Part shown: one piece after another, positions 8,501-18,112 of the stretch | Numbering within the stretch: position 1 is the first letter of the stretch | Layout of the letters: each line of letters opens with the position of its first letter | Notes under the pieces: model-generated | The model's input: the letters and a program-made list of their open reading frames with translations, nothing else | What the model was told of the DNA's origin: nothing | Database searches by the model: none | Translations under genes and position numbers: made by a program | Source: Bacteroidales bacterium | GTDB taxonomy: Bacteria > Bacteroidota > Bacteroidia > Bacteroidales > UBA7960 | Direction of reading: 5' to 3' | Assembly: GCA_007130125.1 (NCBI GenBank) | Contig: SLSZ01000143.1 | Coordinates: forward strand, 41,852 to 105,851 | DNA length: 64,000 nt

Positions 8501-10738
8501 ATGATTGAATTCAGTTTATTTAAAAAATTTGTAAAAAAAGGTAATATGTTGAATAAGGAAACACAGACATTTGATGCAAAAACGATTTCCGAAGAGAGTA
8601 AAGAACTATTGAAAAAACTTTTTGACGAGAACCCCAAGTTGAAAGAAATTGTTGTTACGTCAAAATCTGATGATGAGATGAAAGATAAGCTTAGGTCTTT
8701 TATCATGGAATATTTTGATAGCAGGCCTGAAGCTTACAAGTTTTACAAATATGATTCTACCGGCCGTAAAGCAATGGAAGCATTATTATGGCAGGATTCT
8801 GCAGCTATCAGGATAATGGATTATATTGATAATGCCGGTAAAGAGTTAGAAGATCTGAATTTGCGAGGTAAAAAAATAACAAATGATCCTTTCAGGATTT
8901 TGTGGTTGGCTGCTGTTGAGCAAGCGGGCGGAGCTACCCCTGAATTTATGGAAGACATGATATATTTATTCAGGCAGCTAAGCGGCACGCATAAAAAGAC
9001 CAAAGCAGATAAAGAAAAAATTAAAAAATGGATGGATGCCTACCCCTCAGGACTTGAGGATGACATTGTTAAAATGCGTCAAGAAAATAAAGAACGTATA
9101 ATTAAAATCCTTGCCGATAAAATTGATAAGAAATTAATAAAAAGTTCAGAGTTTAAATTTCCGGAATTGATAAATCAAGAGGAAAAAGTTGCTTTGATCA
9201 ATGAGTGGTGGAACGATGAGAGGTTTCACTTGCGGTTTGCTGTTAGAAGTCCCGATTTGTTAAATGAGTTGCTGGATTTTACTATTGATGATGAGACAAT
9301 GGATTTGCTGCATGAAGCAGAGAAGATTGGCATACCTTTTTTCGTAAATCCCTATTATCTTTCACTTTTGAATGTTCATGCACCTGAGTTTGCCAGGGGC
9401 AAAGACCTTGCGATACGATACTATGTGTTTTATTCAAAAGAATTAATAGAAGAGTACGGTAATATAGTTGCTTGGGAAAAAGAAGACGAGGTTGAGCCTG
9501 GCATACCAAACGCTGCAGGATGGATATTGCCAACGAAGACAAACGTTCACAGGCGTTATCCCGAAGTAGCTATTCTTATTCCGGATACTGTTGGCAGGGC
9601 TTGTGGTGGGCTTTGTGCATCATGCCAAAGAATGTATGATTTCCAAAGAGGTAATTTGAATTTCAACCTCAACGAGCTTGAACCTGATGATTTATGGGAA
9701 GAGAAACTAAAGCAAATTATGAAGTATTGGGAAGAAGATTCTCAATTGCGCGATATTCTGATTACCGGTGGGGATGCGCTGATGAACTCAGACGAATCCC
9801 TTAAGCAAATACTTGATAGTGTTTATGAGGTGGCTCTCAAAAAAAAGAAAGCCAACGAAAACCGTAAAAACGGAGAAAAGTATGCTGAAATGTTGCGTGT
9901 CAGGCTTGGCACAAGGTTGCCGGCATACCTCCCACAGAGGATTTCAGAGAACCTGACAAAAGTTCTTGCCGAGTTCAAAGCTAAAGCTTCTGCTGTTGGA
10001 ATAAAACAGTTTGTTGTACAAACTCACTTCCAATCTCCAATGGAGATTACTCCCGAATCAAAAGAAGCTGTCAGGAGAATTACTTCAGCAGGATGGGTAA
10101 TCACAAATCAACTTGTGTTTACAGCTGCAGCCTCAAGAAGAGGGCATACTGCCAAATTAAGAAAGGTGCTTAATGATATTGGCGTTATACCTTACTATAC
10201 GTTTTCAGTGAAGGGGTATAAAGAAAACAGCTTTAAATTTGCTACAAATGCCAGAGCTGTCCAGGAGCAGATGGAAGAAAAAGTTTTAGGCATAATCCCT
10301 TCGAAATACAAAGAAAGAATTAAAACTTTCCCAATTGAGGCAGAGGATGTAGTTGATAACATTGACAAGTTGCGTAAAGAGGCAAATATTCCGTTCCTGG
10401 CAACTGATCGCAATGTAATAAATTTGCCGGCGGTAGGAAAAAGTATGACTTTCAGGGTTATCGGAATAACTCAGGATGGAAGGCGCATACTCGAGTTTGA
10501 TCATGATCATACCCGAAAACATAGTCCTATAATTGATAAATTAGGCAAGTTTACCATAGTTGAGTCAAAGGCTATAAGAACTTATCTTGAGCAGATTAAA
10601 GGTATGGGTGATAATCCCGGCGAATATGAAAGTATATGGGGTTATTCAATAGGCGAAACAGAACCCGTAACATCTATTTTTGAATATCCCGAATATGATT
10701 TTGAGATTACTGATAAGTTAACCAATTTTAAAGCTTAA
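8501..10738 (+). CDS. KamA-family radical SAM protein (lysine 2,3-aminomutase-like) with extended N- and C-terminal regions
   Basis: CxxxCxxC motif CGGLCASC (codons 368-375, nt 9602-9625). Followed by ITGGDALM (SAM/GGD-type motif) and KamA-like core segments. 745 aa in total. An alternative start is M16 (8546). Confidence 0.85.
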   Translation: MIEFSLFKKFVKKGNMLNKETQTFDAKTISEESKELLKKLFDENPKLKEIVVTSKSDDEMKDKLRSFIMEYFDSRPEAYKFYKYDSTGRKAMEALLWQDSAAIRIMDYIDNAGKELEDLNLRGKKITNDPFRILWLAAVEQAGGATPEFMEDMIYLFRQLSGTHKKTKADKEKIKKWMDAYPSGLEDDIVKMRQENKERIIKILADKIDKKLIKSSEFKFPELINQEEKVALINEWWNDERFHLRFAVRSPDLLNELLDFTIDDETMDLLHEAEKIGIPFFVNPYYLSLLNVHAPEFARGKDLAIRYYVFYSKELIEEYGNIVAWEKEDEVEPGIPNAAGWILPTKTNVHRRYPEVAILIPDTVGRACGGLCASCQRMYDFQRGNLNFNLNELEPDDLWEEKLKQIMKYWEEDSQLRDILITGGDALMNSDESLKQILDSVYEVALKKKKANENRKNGEKYAEMLRVRLGTRLPAYLPQRISENLTKVLAEFKAKASAVGIKQFVVQTHFQSPMEITPESKEAVRRITSAGWVITNQLVFTAAASRRGHTAKLRKVLNDIGVIPYYTFSVKGYKENSFKFATNARAVQEQMEEKVLGIIPSKYKERIKTFPIEAEDVVDNIDKLRKEANIPFLATDRNVINLPAVGKSMTFRVIGITQDGRRILEFDHDHTRKHSPIIDKLGKFTIVESKAIRTYLEQIKGMGDNPGEYESIWGYSIGETEPVTSIFEYPEYDFEITDKLTNFKA

Positions 10739-11244
10739 AAAAGCTGGTCGTAACTTATATTTATTCTCAACCTGTCCTTTTATAAAGCAAAATTATAGTA
10801 TGCAGGGAAAGCCTCTTGCCCATGCCAAAGATGTTTATAAAAAAGGGTTATACTTAATAAATCCTTTATGGGTTAATAATATTTTACAGTTTTTGACCCC
10901 ATCAAAATAATTATTAATACGCCTTTCTTGTAATATTTATTTCCATAAAACTTTGTATTACCCGGAAAACCAAAATGAAATTTGAGGGCTCGAATATTAT
11001 TATCGTATATATGATCTCGTTTCGGTAAAAGATTGTTCTATTATGAAATTTCGTGTGAGAGTATTAGCATAATTATATATGCGATTATTTTAATTAATGT
11101 TAAAAACTCTCAAAAAACTTTCCTGGTTTATTTAGTTTACTAATTTTGCCCTGTCAATTTAAAACCTTTAATGGAATTGATAATTTGAAAAAACGAGTGT
11201 TTAATATTATATGTCATATGAACTTGTGATATCTTTTTTGAAAT

Positions 11245-11265
11245 AAGCTTTTTATCAAAAAGCTT
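11245..11265. promoter_or_regulatory. Perfect palindrome AAGCTTTTT-ATC-AAAAAGCTT, candidate TetR operator
   Basis: 9-bp arms with a 3-nt spacer, 27 nt upstream of the TetR start codon. This is typical placement for an autoregulatory operator. It could equally be a small hairpin. Confidence 0.4.
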
Positions 11266-11291
11266 TAGTAATTTATAAAGTATACAATAAA

Positions 11292-11909
11292 ATGAGTGTC
11301 TCTCAAAGAATAATAGAAGTTGCAGCACAATTGTTTATCAATCATGGGGTCAAGACAATTACAATGAATGACATAGCTGCCGAGGCAGGTATTTCAAAAA
11401 AGACTCTTTATGAGCATTTTGTCAATAAAGAAGATCTTTTAGTAAAGTGCCTTGACTTTGTGCATGAAGAAGGTAAAGCTGAAAGGGAAAAAATATTTGG
11501 TAAAGACGGGTTTACAATTGAAGCAATGGTTGAAATTACCAGGCAAACAGCTTTGAAATTTAATAACATAAACCCTAATTTTATTATTGATATAAAAAGG
11601 TATCATCCCCATATTTGGAAGAGTAAAATAGTAAAAATGGATAAAGAAAATATTGAGTTTAATGCTTGGATGATAAAAGAAGGTATAAATAAAGGGCTGT
11701 TCCGTTCGGACTTGAATGTTGATGTTTTATCCAAATTATTACAGGAACAAATAAATATGCTGGTTGGAGAGAATGTTTTCCCCGCGGATAAATTTTCAAG
11801 GGCAGAAGTCTTTCAAACTATGATGGAAGTTTTTGGCCGTGGAATATCTACTGACAAAATGCTTGAAGAATTAAGAAACGTTGATAAAACAGGTAATAAG
11901 CAAATATAG
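11292..11909 (+). CDS. TetR/AcrR family transcriptional regulator
   Basis: 205 aa. N-terminal HTH: RIIEVAAQLFINHGVKTITMNDIAAEAGISKKTLYEHF. Lies upstream of the RND efflux operon. Confidence 0.9.
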   Translation: MSVSQRIIEVAAQLFINHGVKTITMNDIAAEAGISKKTLYEHFVNKEDLLVKCLDFVHEEGKAEREKIFGKDGFTIEAMVEITRQTALKFNNINPNFIIDIKRYHPHIWKSKIVKMDKENIEFNAWMIKEGINKGLFRSDLNVDVLSKLLQEQINMLVGENVFPADKFSRAEVFQTMMEVFGRGISTDKMLEELRNVDKTGNKQI

Positions 11910-12007
11910 TTCTTTTTAAGGGATGGTTTTGTGATTTAAATATCATTACTCATAAGTGATTTTCTGGCACTGACCAATTTTAAATATTGAAAGTATAAAT
12001 TACAATA

Positions 12008-12015
12008 TATTTTTG
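12008..12015 (+). promoter_or_regulatory. Candidate -7 promoter box TATTTTTG for the efflux operon
   Basis: Matches TAnnTTTG, 53 nt upstream of ATG 12069. Confidence 0.4.
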
Positions 12016-12068
12016 ACTGTTATTATTAATTAAAGTATTGAATTAAATAAAGATTAAAATTTCAAAAG

Positions 12069-13433
12069 ATGTTATACAGTAATAAAACAAATGTTTTTGC
12101 TTTTTTGTTGCTCATAGCTTTGTTTTTGCCTTTCATGAAGGCGCATTCAATGCAAAACAATAATAATGATACTATAATATTGACATTGGAGCGTGCCAGG
12201 GAGATGGCACTTGAGCAAAATCCTACTATTCGGGCCTCAAAGCTTGAAGCTACTGCTGCACAATACAAACTTGATGAGTCGCGCGGAAATTTATTGCCTC
12301 ATTTTAATGTTGGAGGAACATTCAATAAAAACATTATCAGACCATCGATGTACCTGCCATTTATGGAAGAAATGGGACAGGATCCTTATGTTGAAGTAGG
12401 TTCAGAATATAATTACAGGGCTACTTTAAGCGGTAGTATGCCATTATACTCCCCTGCAGTTTTTGCAAATATCAGGGCAAACAGGGTTGACGTTGAGCTT
12501 GCGGAAGAAGAACACAGGGGGTCGAAAGTTGATCTTGACTTTAATGTACAACAGGCATACTTTAATGCTTTGCTAGCCAGAGAGAGCAAAGAAGTTGTTC
12601 AGTTAAGTTATGAAAACGCACTTGAAAACCTTGAATATACTAGGAAGATGTACTCACAAGGCCTGGTTTCGGAATATGACAAAATCAGGGCAGAAGTGCA
12701 GACAGAAAACCTAAGCCCGGAGGTGATGGAAATGGAGAATGCTTATGAAATGGCTGTGAATTATTTGAAAACGGTTATTGGTTTAGATAAAGATCAACCA
12801 GTAAAAATTGAAGGAGATTTGTTAGACGCTACGGAGACATATACCAGCCAGTTTCAGGTCCTTGAGCCGGAGCGCAAACTTGCAAGAAATCCACAAATCA
12901 GACAAATGGACTTGTCTATTAATATGATGAAAGAACAGTCAAAGGCTGTGATGGCATCAGCATTACCATCAGTACATGCTATGGGGAATTATAATTATCA
13001 AACGGATGCTGATGACCTGAAGTTCTCAGATTATTACTGGGTAGAGTCTTTCTCTGCAGGATTGCAGGTTACAATACCATTGTTCCAGGGATTTACGGTT
13101 CGAAACCGGGCTAAACAAATTGATGTAGCTGCCAAACAAATTAAACTGCAAAAAGATTACCTTGAAGATAACTTGAAGGTTCAAATGGATGACCTTCTTA
13201 AAAAACTGAATGTTGCCGTTGAAAAATCAACAAAGGCTAAGAAGAATGTAAGCCTTGCCGAAAGGGGTTATGAGATTGCAAAAACAAGATATTCTTCAGG
13301 GCAAGGCACTTTACTTGAAGTTAATGATAGTGAGATGGCATTGACACGTGCAAGATTTAATCTTTTACAGGCAAAATATGAGATCTTGATGGCAATTATT
13401 GAATATGACAAATTTGTCGGAAAAGAATTTTAA
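12069..13433 (+). CDS. TolC-family outer membrane efflux protein
   Basis: 454 aa with a signal peptide. Two OEP repeats with the characteristic LTLERAREMALEQNPTIRA start and a ...LLEVNDSEMALTRARFNLLQAKYE end. Confidence 0.9.
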   Translation: MLYSNKTNVFAFLLLIALFLPFMKAHSMQNNNNDTIILTLERAREMALEQNPTIRASKLEATAAQYKLDESRGNLLPHFNVGGTFNKNIIRPSMYLPFMEEMGQDPYVEVGSEYNYRATLSGSMPLYSPAVFANIRANRVDVELAEEEHRGSKVDLDFNVQQAYFNALLARESKEVVQLSYENALENLEYTRKMYSQGLVSEYDKIRAEVQTENLSPEVMEMENAYEMAVNYLKTVIGLDKDQPVKIEGDLLDATETYTSQFQVLEPERKLARNPQIRQMDLSINMMKEQSKAVMASALPSVHAMGNYNYQTDADDLKFSDYYWVESFSAGLQVTIPLFQGFTVRNRAKQIDVAAKQIKLQKDYLEDNLKVQMDDLLKKLNVAVEKSTKAKKNVSLAERGYEIAKTRYSSGQGTLLEVNDSEMALTRARFNLLQAKYEILMAIIEYDKFVGKEF

Positions 13434-13485
13434 AATAATACACCGGAAGTATTCGAAAAATATCAATTTAAACAAATAATTACAA

Positions 13486-14529
13486 ATGAAGATTAAAAAT
13501 ATTTATTCGTTATTTAAAATTACAGCAGTTATTATAGCATTATTAACTGTAAAAGGTTGTTCAACAGATAGTGCTGAGGAAAAGGAAACCGAAAAACCGC
13601 CTGTAAGAATTAAAGAAGTGGAAATAACAAAAATGGATCATGAGATACCATTTACCGGCACTGTTGAGCCATGGGAGGAAGCACACGTTGGTAGCGGTGG
13701 TGCAATGAGGATTGAAAGAATTTTTGTAGATGTGGATGACTTTGTGCAAAAAGGACAATTGCTTGCCCAAATGGACAAAACACAGCTGTACCAGGCGGAG
13801 GTTCGTATAAATACACTTAAAGATGACCTTAGAAGGCTTGATACACTGAGGAAGGTAGGTGCCGTTACTCAACAAAATTATGATCAGCTGAAAGCCGAAT
13901 ATGATATTGCAAAAAGCAGTCTTGAAAATTTAAGAGAAAATACACAAATATATTCACCTCTTACAGGAGTGATTACAGGAAGGTATTACAGTGATGGAGA
14001 AATCTTTGCAATGAGCCCCGGACCTGCAGGTAAACCGGCAATAGTATCTATATTACAAATACAACCGGTAAAGGTTATAATAAATGTTTCGGAAAGGTAC
14101 TTTCCTGTCATAGAAAAGGGGATGCAGGCCAAAATTGTTGCCGATATGTATCCCGATAAATCTTTCACAGGTTATATTGACAGGATACATCCTGTTATTG
14201 ACAGGGCTACAGGTACTTTTAAGGCTGAAATCAAAGTTCCAAATAATAATAAAATATTACGGCCTGGAATGTACGTCAGGACAAGGTTAAACTTTGGTGA
14301 GAAAGAAACGCTTATAGTGCCGTCACAAACCGTTCTAAGACAAAGCGGTTCAAATGAAAGATATGTTTTCGTTGAACAGGATGGTATAGCTATACGCAAA
14401 ACTGTTCAGCTTGGACAGAGAATGGATGATATGCTGGAAATCACTCGAGGATTAGAACCGGGGGAAAACCTTATAATTTCTGGCCAGCACAATTTGTTGC
14501 ATCAGCAAGAAATAAGAGTTGTGGAATAG
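13486..14529 (+). CDS. Efflux RND transporter periplasmic adaptor subunit (HlyD/MFP family)
   Basis: 347 aa. Lipoprotein signal (TVKGCS). Biotinyl-lipoyl-like, coiled-coil hairpin and beta-barrel segments (IYSPLTGVITGRY, GMYVRTRL). Confidence 0.9.
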   Translation: MKIKNIYSLFKITAVIIALLTVKGCSTDSAEEKETEKPPVRIKEVEITKMDHEIPFTGTVEPWEEAHVGSGGAMRIERIFVDVDDFVQKGQLLAQMDKTQLYQAEVRINTLKDDLRRLDTLRKVGAVTQQNYDQLKAEYDIAKSSLENLRENTQIYSPLTGVITGRYYSDGEIFAMSPGPAGKPAIVSILQIQPVKVIINVSERYFPVIEKGMQAKIVADMYPDKSFTGYIDRIHPVIDRATGTFKAEIKVPNNNKILRPGMYVRTRLNFGEKETLIVPSQTVLRQSGSNERYVFVEQDGIAIRKTVQLGQRMDDMLEITRGLEPGENLIISGQHNLLHQQEIRVVE

Positions 14530-14623
14530 CTTATTTGGTGACTGGCAAAGGCATTTTTATTTGCAAATTAATCTTTGCCTGTTAGAAGTTTAATAAAGAA
14601 ATTATCAAAATATTTTCATAATC

Positions 14624-17600
14624 ATGAGTATTTATAAAACAGCAGTTAAGAGACCCATTGCAACTATAGTATTATTTATAGGGTTGTTGGCTATGGGTTT
14701 GTATTCCTTACGAAACCTGCCAATCGACCTTTATCCTGAGATTGAGCCCATGTTTATCAGTGTATTTACATCCTACCAGGGAGCAAGTGCTGCCGATATT
14801 GAAACCAACCTTACCAGGCCTTTGGAGGATAACCTCACTACGCTTACTAACCTTAAAGATATTACTTCAGAATCACAGGATAATATGTCGTCTATTACCC
14901 TTGAGTTTGACTGGGGTACTAACCTTGATGAAGCCAGCAATGAAATACGTGATGTTATTGGCCGGATAGGAGCTTTTTTGCCAGAAGATGCTGATGACCC
15001 TATGATATTTAAGTTCAGCACGGATATGATACCGGTAATGATGATGGCTGCAACGGCTGAAGAAAGTTACCAGGGGTTGGGAAAAATAATCGATGAACAG
15101 ATAATAAACAGGCTTAGCAGGATAGAAGGGGTGGGAAATGTTTTTATGGTAGGTGAGCCGGAAAGGGAAATCCAGGTTAATGTTGATCCACAAAAGCTTG
15201 AAGCATACAATATTACACTGGAGCATATTGGAAATGTCCTGCGCACGGAGAACATAGATCATCCTGCCGGTAATATAAAAATGGGACAGACCGACTATCC
15301 GCTCAGGTATACAGGTGAGTTCCGGGAAAGTGATGATATTAAAAATATTGTGGTTGCCAATCATATGGGGAGCCCTGTGTATATGCGTGATATTGCAGAG
15401 GTAAAAGATACGCTGAAGGAAAAAACCATAGATGAGCGTATCAACCGCCAGGAAGGACTTCGCTTTTTTGTCCAGAGACAAAGCGGTGCTAACAGTGTTG
15501 AAATATCCCGGTCTGTTAATGAACTGATACCCGAGCTTGAAAAAAACCTGCCGCCTGACATAACTATCATCCCAATATTTGACACATCGGAGTTTATTGT
15601 TGATTCTATCAATAACCTTACTGATGTGTTAATATATGCTGCAATATTTGTTGTGTTGGTTGTGCTTGTTTTTCTGGGTAAATGGCGGGCAACTTTTATA
15701 ATTTTCCTAACATTACCGGTGTCACTGATAACAGCATTTATTTACCTGGATATTTCAGGCAATACATTAAATATAATTTCATTGTCATCTTTGGCTATTG
15801 CAATGGGGATGGTTGTTGATGATGCCATCGTTGTTCTGGAAAATATAACAAAGCATATTGAGCGGGGCTCATATTCAAGGGAAGCTTCAATATTTGGCAC
15901 CAACGAAGTTGCTCAGCCGGTTATAGCTTCTACATTGACTGTAGTAGCAGTGTTTTTCCCTATGACACTTATTACGGGCATGATGGGGTTGTTCTTTAAC
16001 CAACTTGGCTATATTGTTGTGATAACAGTCAGTGTATCCACCATCGCTGCATTATCGCTGACCCCTATGTTGTCTTCAAAGTTTTTGGGTAAAAGAACAA
16101 AAAGAAGTGGATTTGGACTTAAAATTTCTAAAGCGTTTAGTAACTTTTTTGATGGCCTTGATAATGTTTATACTTCAATATTGGGCTGGGCTCTAAAAAA
16201 CAAATGGAAAGTAATTATTTTATCCGGCTTATTATTTCTTGTAAGTCTTTTATCATTAAGAGTTATTGGAACAAGCTTTTTCCCGGAGTCTGATCAAAAT
16301 CATGTTCGTGCTGAATTAGAGTTGCCCATGGGAATGAGGCTTGAAGAAAGCTCTAAGACCGCAAGAGCCATTGAGGATATTATTGAGGATAAATATCCGG
16401 AAGTTGAAAGGTATTCGGTTAGTGTAGGAAGTGGCGGAGGAATGTTTGGTACTGGAGGCGGGTCTCCAAATCTTATTTCCATTCGTATGGGGTTGATCGA
16501 TTTAACTAAACGTGACAGGGATGTTTTTGAAATCGCAGAACTATTACGTCAGGACTTTAATGAATTCCCCGAAATTATAAACTATACTGTTTCTACTGAA
16601 GGTGGTGGTGGTATGGGGGCTGGTGCACCTATACAGGTTGAAATTTATGGAGATGACTTTGACGTGACCAACCGGATAGCCAATGACTTGGCTGAGCGTA
16701 TGGAGGAGATCCGGGGCCTCAGGGATATTGATATTAGCCGTGGTGAGGACAGGCCAGAGTTAAGGATAGTTCCTGACCAGGAAAAGATGGCAAGTTTTGG
16801 ACTTAATAATGCAACATTATCAAATGTTGTCAGAAATCGTATTGATGGTATGACGGCAACATTGTTCCGGGAAGCTGGTGAGGAATATGATGTGGTTGTC
16901 AGGAATAAAGAACCTTTCCGGGAATCTATTTCAGATATAGAAAATATCGTGGTTCAAAATCCTGCTGGACAAAACGTCAGGCTCAAAGAGGTAGCATCAA
17001 TAGAAGAACATTTTTCACCTCCCAATATAGAACGAAAGAATCGTATAAGATACCTTACTATTTCAGCTTCTCTTTATCAACGTTCATTAGGTGATGCTAC
17101 TTCAGATATCAGACGGGAAATTGATAATATAGAGATCCCCGGTGATGTTTTCATTGAACTTGGTGGTGATATTGAAGAGCAGCGGGAGGCTTTTGCCGAC
17201 TTGTTATTGTTACTTGCACTGGGTATATTTCTGGTTTACGTGGTAATGGCAGCACAGTTTGAGAGCTTTAGAACGCCTTTTATTATTATGCTTGCAATTC
17301 CTTTTGCTTTTACGGGGGTAATGATTGCTCTACTGTTAACAGGTACAGAGCTTAGCGTTATTTCGGCAGTAGGGGGAATTATTCTTGTTGGTATTGTTGT
17401 AAAGAATTCTATAGTCCTTATTGATTATACAAACCTGATGCATGACCGCGGTTTGACAGTTGTAAGGTCAGTTTTTGCTGCCGGCCGGTCAAGGCTTAGG
17501 CCGGTGTTAATGACCACAATTACAACTGTGCTTGCTATGATACCGCTTGCTATAAGTCAGCGTGAAGGTTCTGAAATATGGCAGCCAATGGCTATTGCCG

Positions 17601-17728
17601 TTATTGGCGGGCTTACTTTTTCTACACTAATAACGCTGGTGTTTGTACCTGCTACCTATACTTTACTTGGAATATTTAGAGTTAAAAAACAAAGAAGGAA
17701 ATTTCATAAAAAGTTGTTGAACAGGTGA
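14624..17728 (+). CDS. Efflux RND transporter permease subunit (AcrB/CzcA superfamily)
   Basis: 1,034 aa. Two 6-TM bundles with large periplasmic loops. Conserved GMVVDDAIVVLENI and VGIVVKNSIVLIDY motifs. Confidence 0.95.
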   Translation: MSIYKTAVKRPIATIVLFIGLLAMGLYSLRNLPIDLYPEIEPMFISVFTSYQGASAADIETNLTRPLEDNLTTLTNLKDITSESQDNMSSITLEFDWGTNLDEASNEIRDVIGRIGAFLPEDADDPMIFKFSTDMIPVMMMAATAEESYQGLGKIIDEQIINRLSRIEGVGNVFMVGEPEREIQVNVDPQKLEAYNITLEHIGNVLRTENIDHPAGNIKMGQTDYPLRYTGEFRESDDIKNIVVANHMGSPVYMRDIAEVKDTLKEKTIDERINRQEGLRFFVQRQSGANSVEISRSVNELIPELEKNLPPDITIIPIFDTSEFIVDSINNLTDVLIYAAIFVVLVVLVFLGKWRATFIIFLTLPVSLITAFIYLDISGNTLNIISLSSLAIAMGMVVDDAIVVLENITKHIERGSYSREASIFGTNEVAQPVIASTLTVVAVFFPMTLITGMMGLFFNQLGYIVVITVSVSTIAALSLTPMLSSKFLGKRTKRSGFGLKISKAFSNFFDGLDNVYTSILGWALKNKWKVIILSGLLFLVSLLSLRVIGTSFFPESDQNHVRAELELPMGMRLEESSKTARAIEDIIEDKYPEVERYSVSVGSGGGMFGTGGGSPNLISIRMGLIDLTKRDRDVFEIAELLRQDFNEFPEIINYTVSTEGGGGMGAGAPIQVEIYGDDFDVTNRIANDLAERMEEIRGLRDIDISRGEDRPELRIVPDQEKMASFGLNNATLSNVVRNRIDGMTATLFREAGEEYDVVVRNKEPFRESISDIENIVVQNPAGQNVRLKEVASIEEHFSPPNIERKNRIRYLTISASLYQRSLGDATSDIRREIDNIEIPGDVFIELGGDIEEQREAFADLLLLLALGIFLVYVVMAAQFESFRTPFIIMLAIPFAFTGVMIALLLTGTELSVISAVGGIILVGIVVKNSIVLIDYTNLMHDRGLTVVRSVFAAGRSRLRPVLMTTITTVLAMIPLAISQREGSEIWQPMAIAVIGGLTFSTLITLVFVPATYTLLGIFRVKKQRRKFHKKLLNR

Positions 17729-17808
17729 TAAGTTGATTGGCTTATAAGTATACCCTGTCAACTAAACATATAACATGAAAATAATTAATATAACAATAAC
17801 TTAAAAAG

Positions 17809-18102
17809 ATGAAATCAATATTTATAGTCTTTAATCAGGCCCTCACTGAAAATGTAATTAAAATGCTTGACAGCAACAACATCAGGGGATTTAGTCAATG
17901 GGATGATGTGAAGGGTAGGGGTTCAGAAAAAGGTGAGCCCCATATGGGAACACATACCTGGCCGGCACTTAACTCTGCGGTAATGGCTGTCGTTGAAGCT
18001 TCTGAAGTTGAAAAGGTGTTAAATGGGGTAAGAAAAATCAATGAAAAAGCTGAAAAACAGGGAATCCGAGCCTTTGTTTGGAATGTGGAAAGTTCGGTTT
18101 AA
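17809..18102 (+). CDS. Small P-II-like transporter-associated protein (resembles the family I recall as 'PG0541 family transporter-associated protein')
   Basis: 97 aa with a beta-alpha-beta-beta-alpha-beta-like pattern (MKSIFIVFNQAL...IRGFSQWDDVKGRG...). Starts 80 nt after the RND pump stop on the same strand. The family name is from memory and has not been verified. Confidence 0.5.
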   Translation: MKSIFIVFNQALTENVIKMLDSNNIRGFSQWDDVKGRGSEKGEPHMGTHTWPALNSAVMAVVEASEVEKVLNGVRKINEKAEKQGIRAFVWNVESSV

Positions 18103-18112
18103 TGTAAGATAA

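Noticed and set aside
11140-11328. 62-aa minus-strand ORF overlapping the TetR start
   Set aside because: It overlaps the TetR start codon and its putative operator, is low in complexity, and has no family resemblance.
14873-15481. 202-aa minus-strand ORF inside the RND permease gene (similar shadow ORFs at 22793-23269, 41633-42031, 53684-54082, 58555-58983 and 61160-61606)
   Set aside because: Each lies antisense to a confidently identified long gene and has no family resemblance. I treat them as frame shadows rather than overlapping genes.
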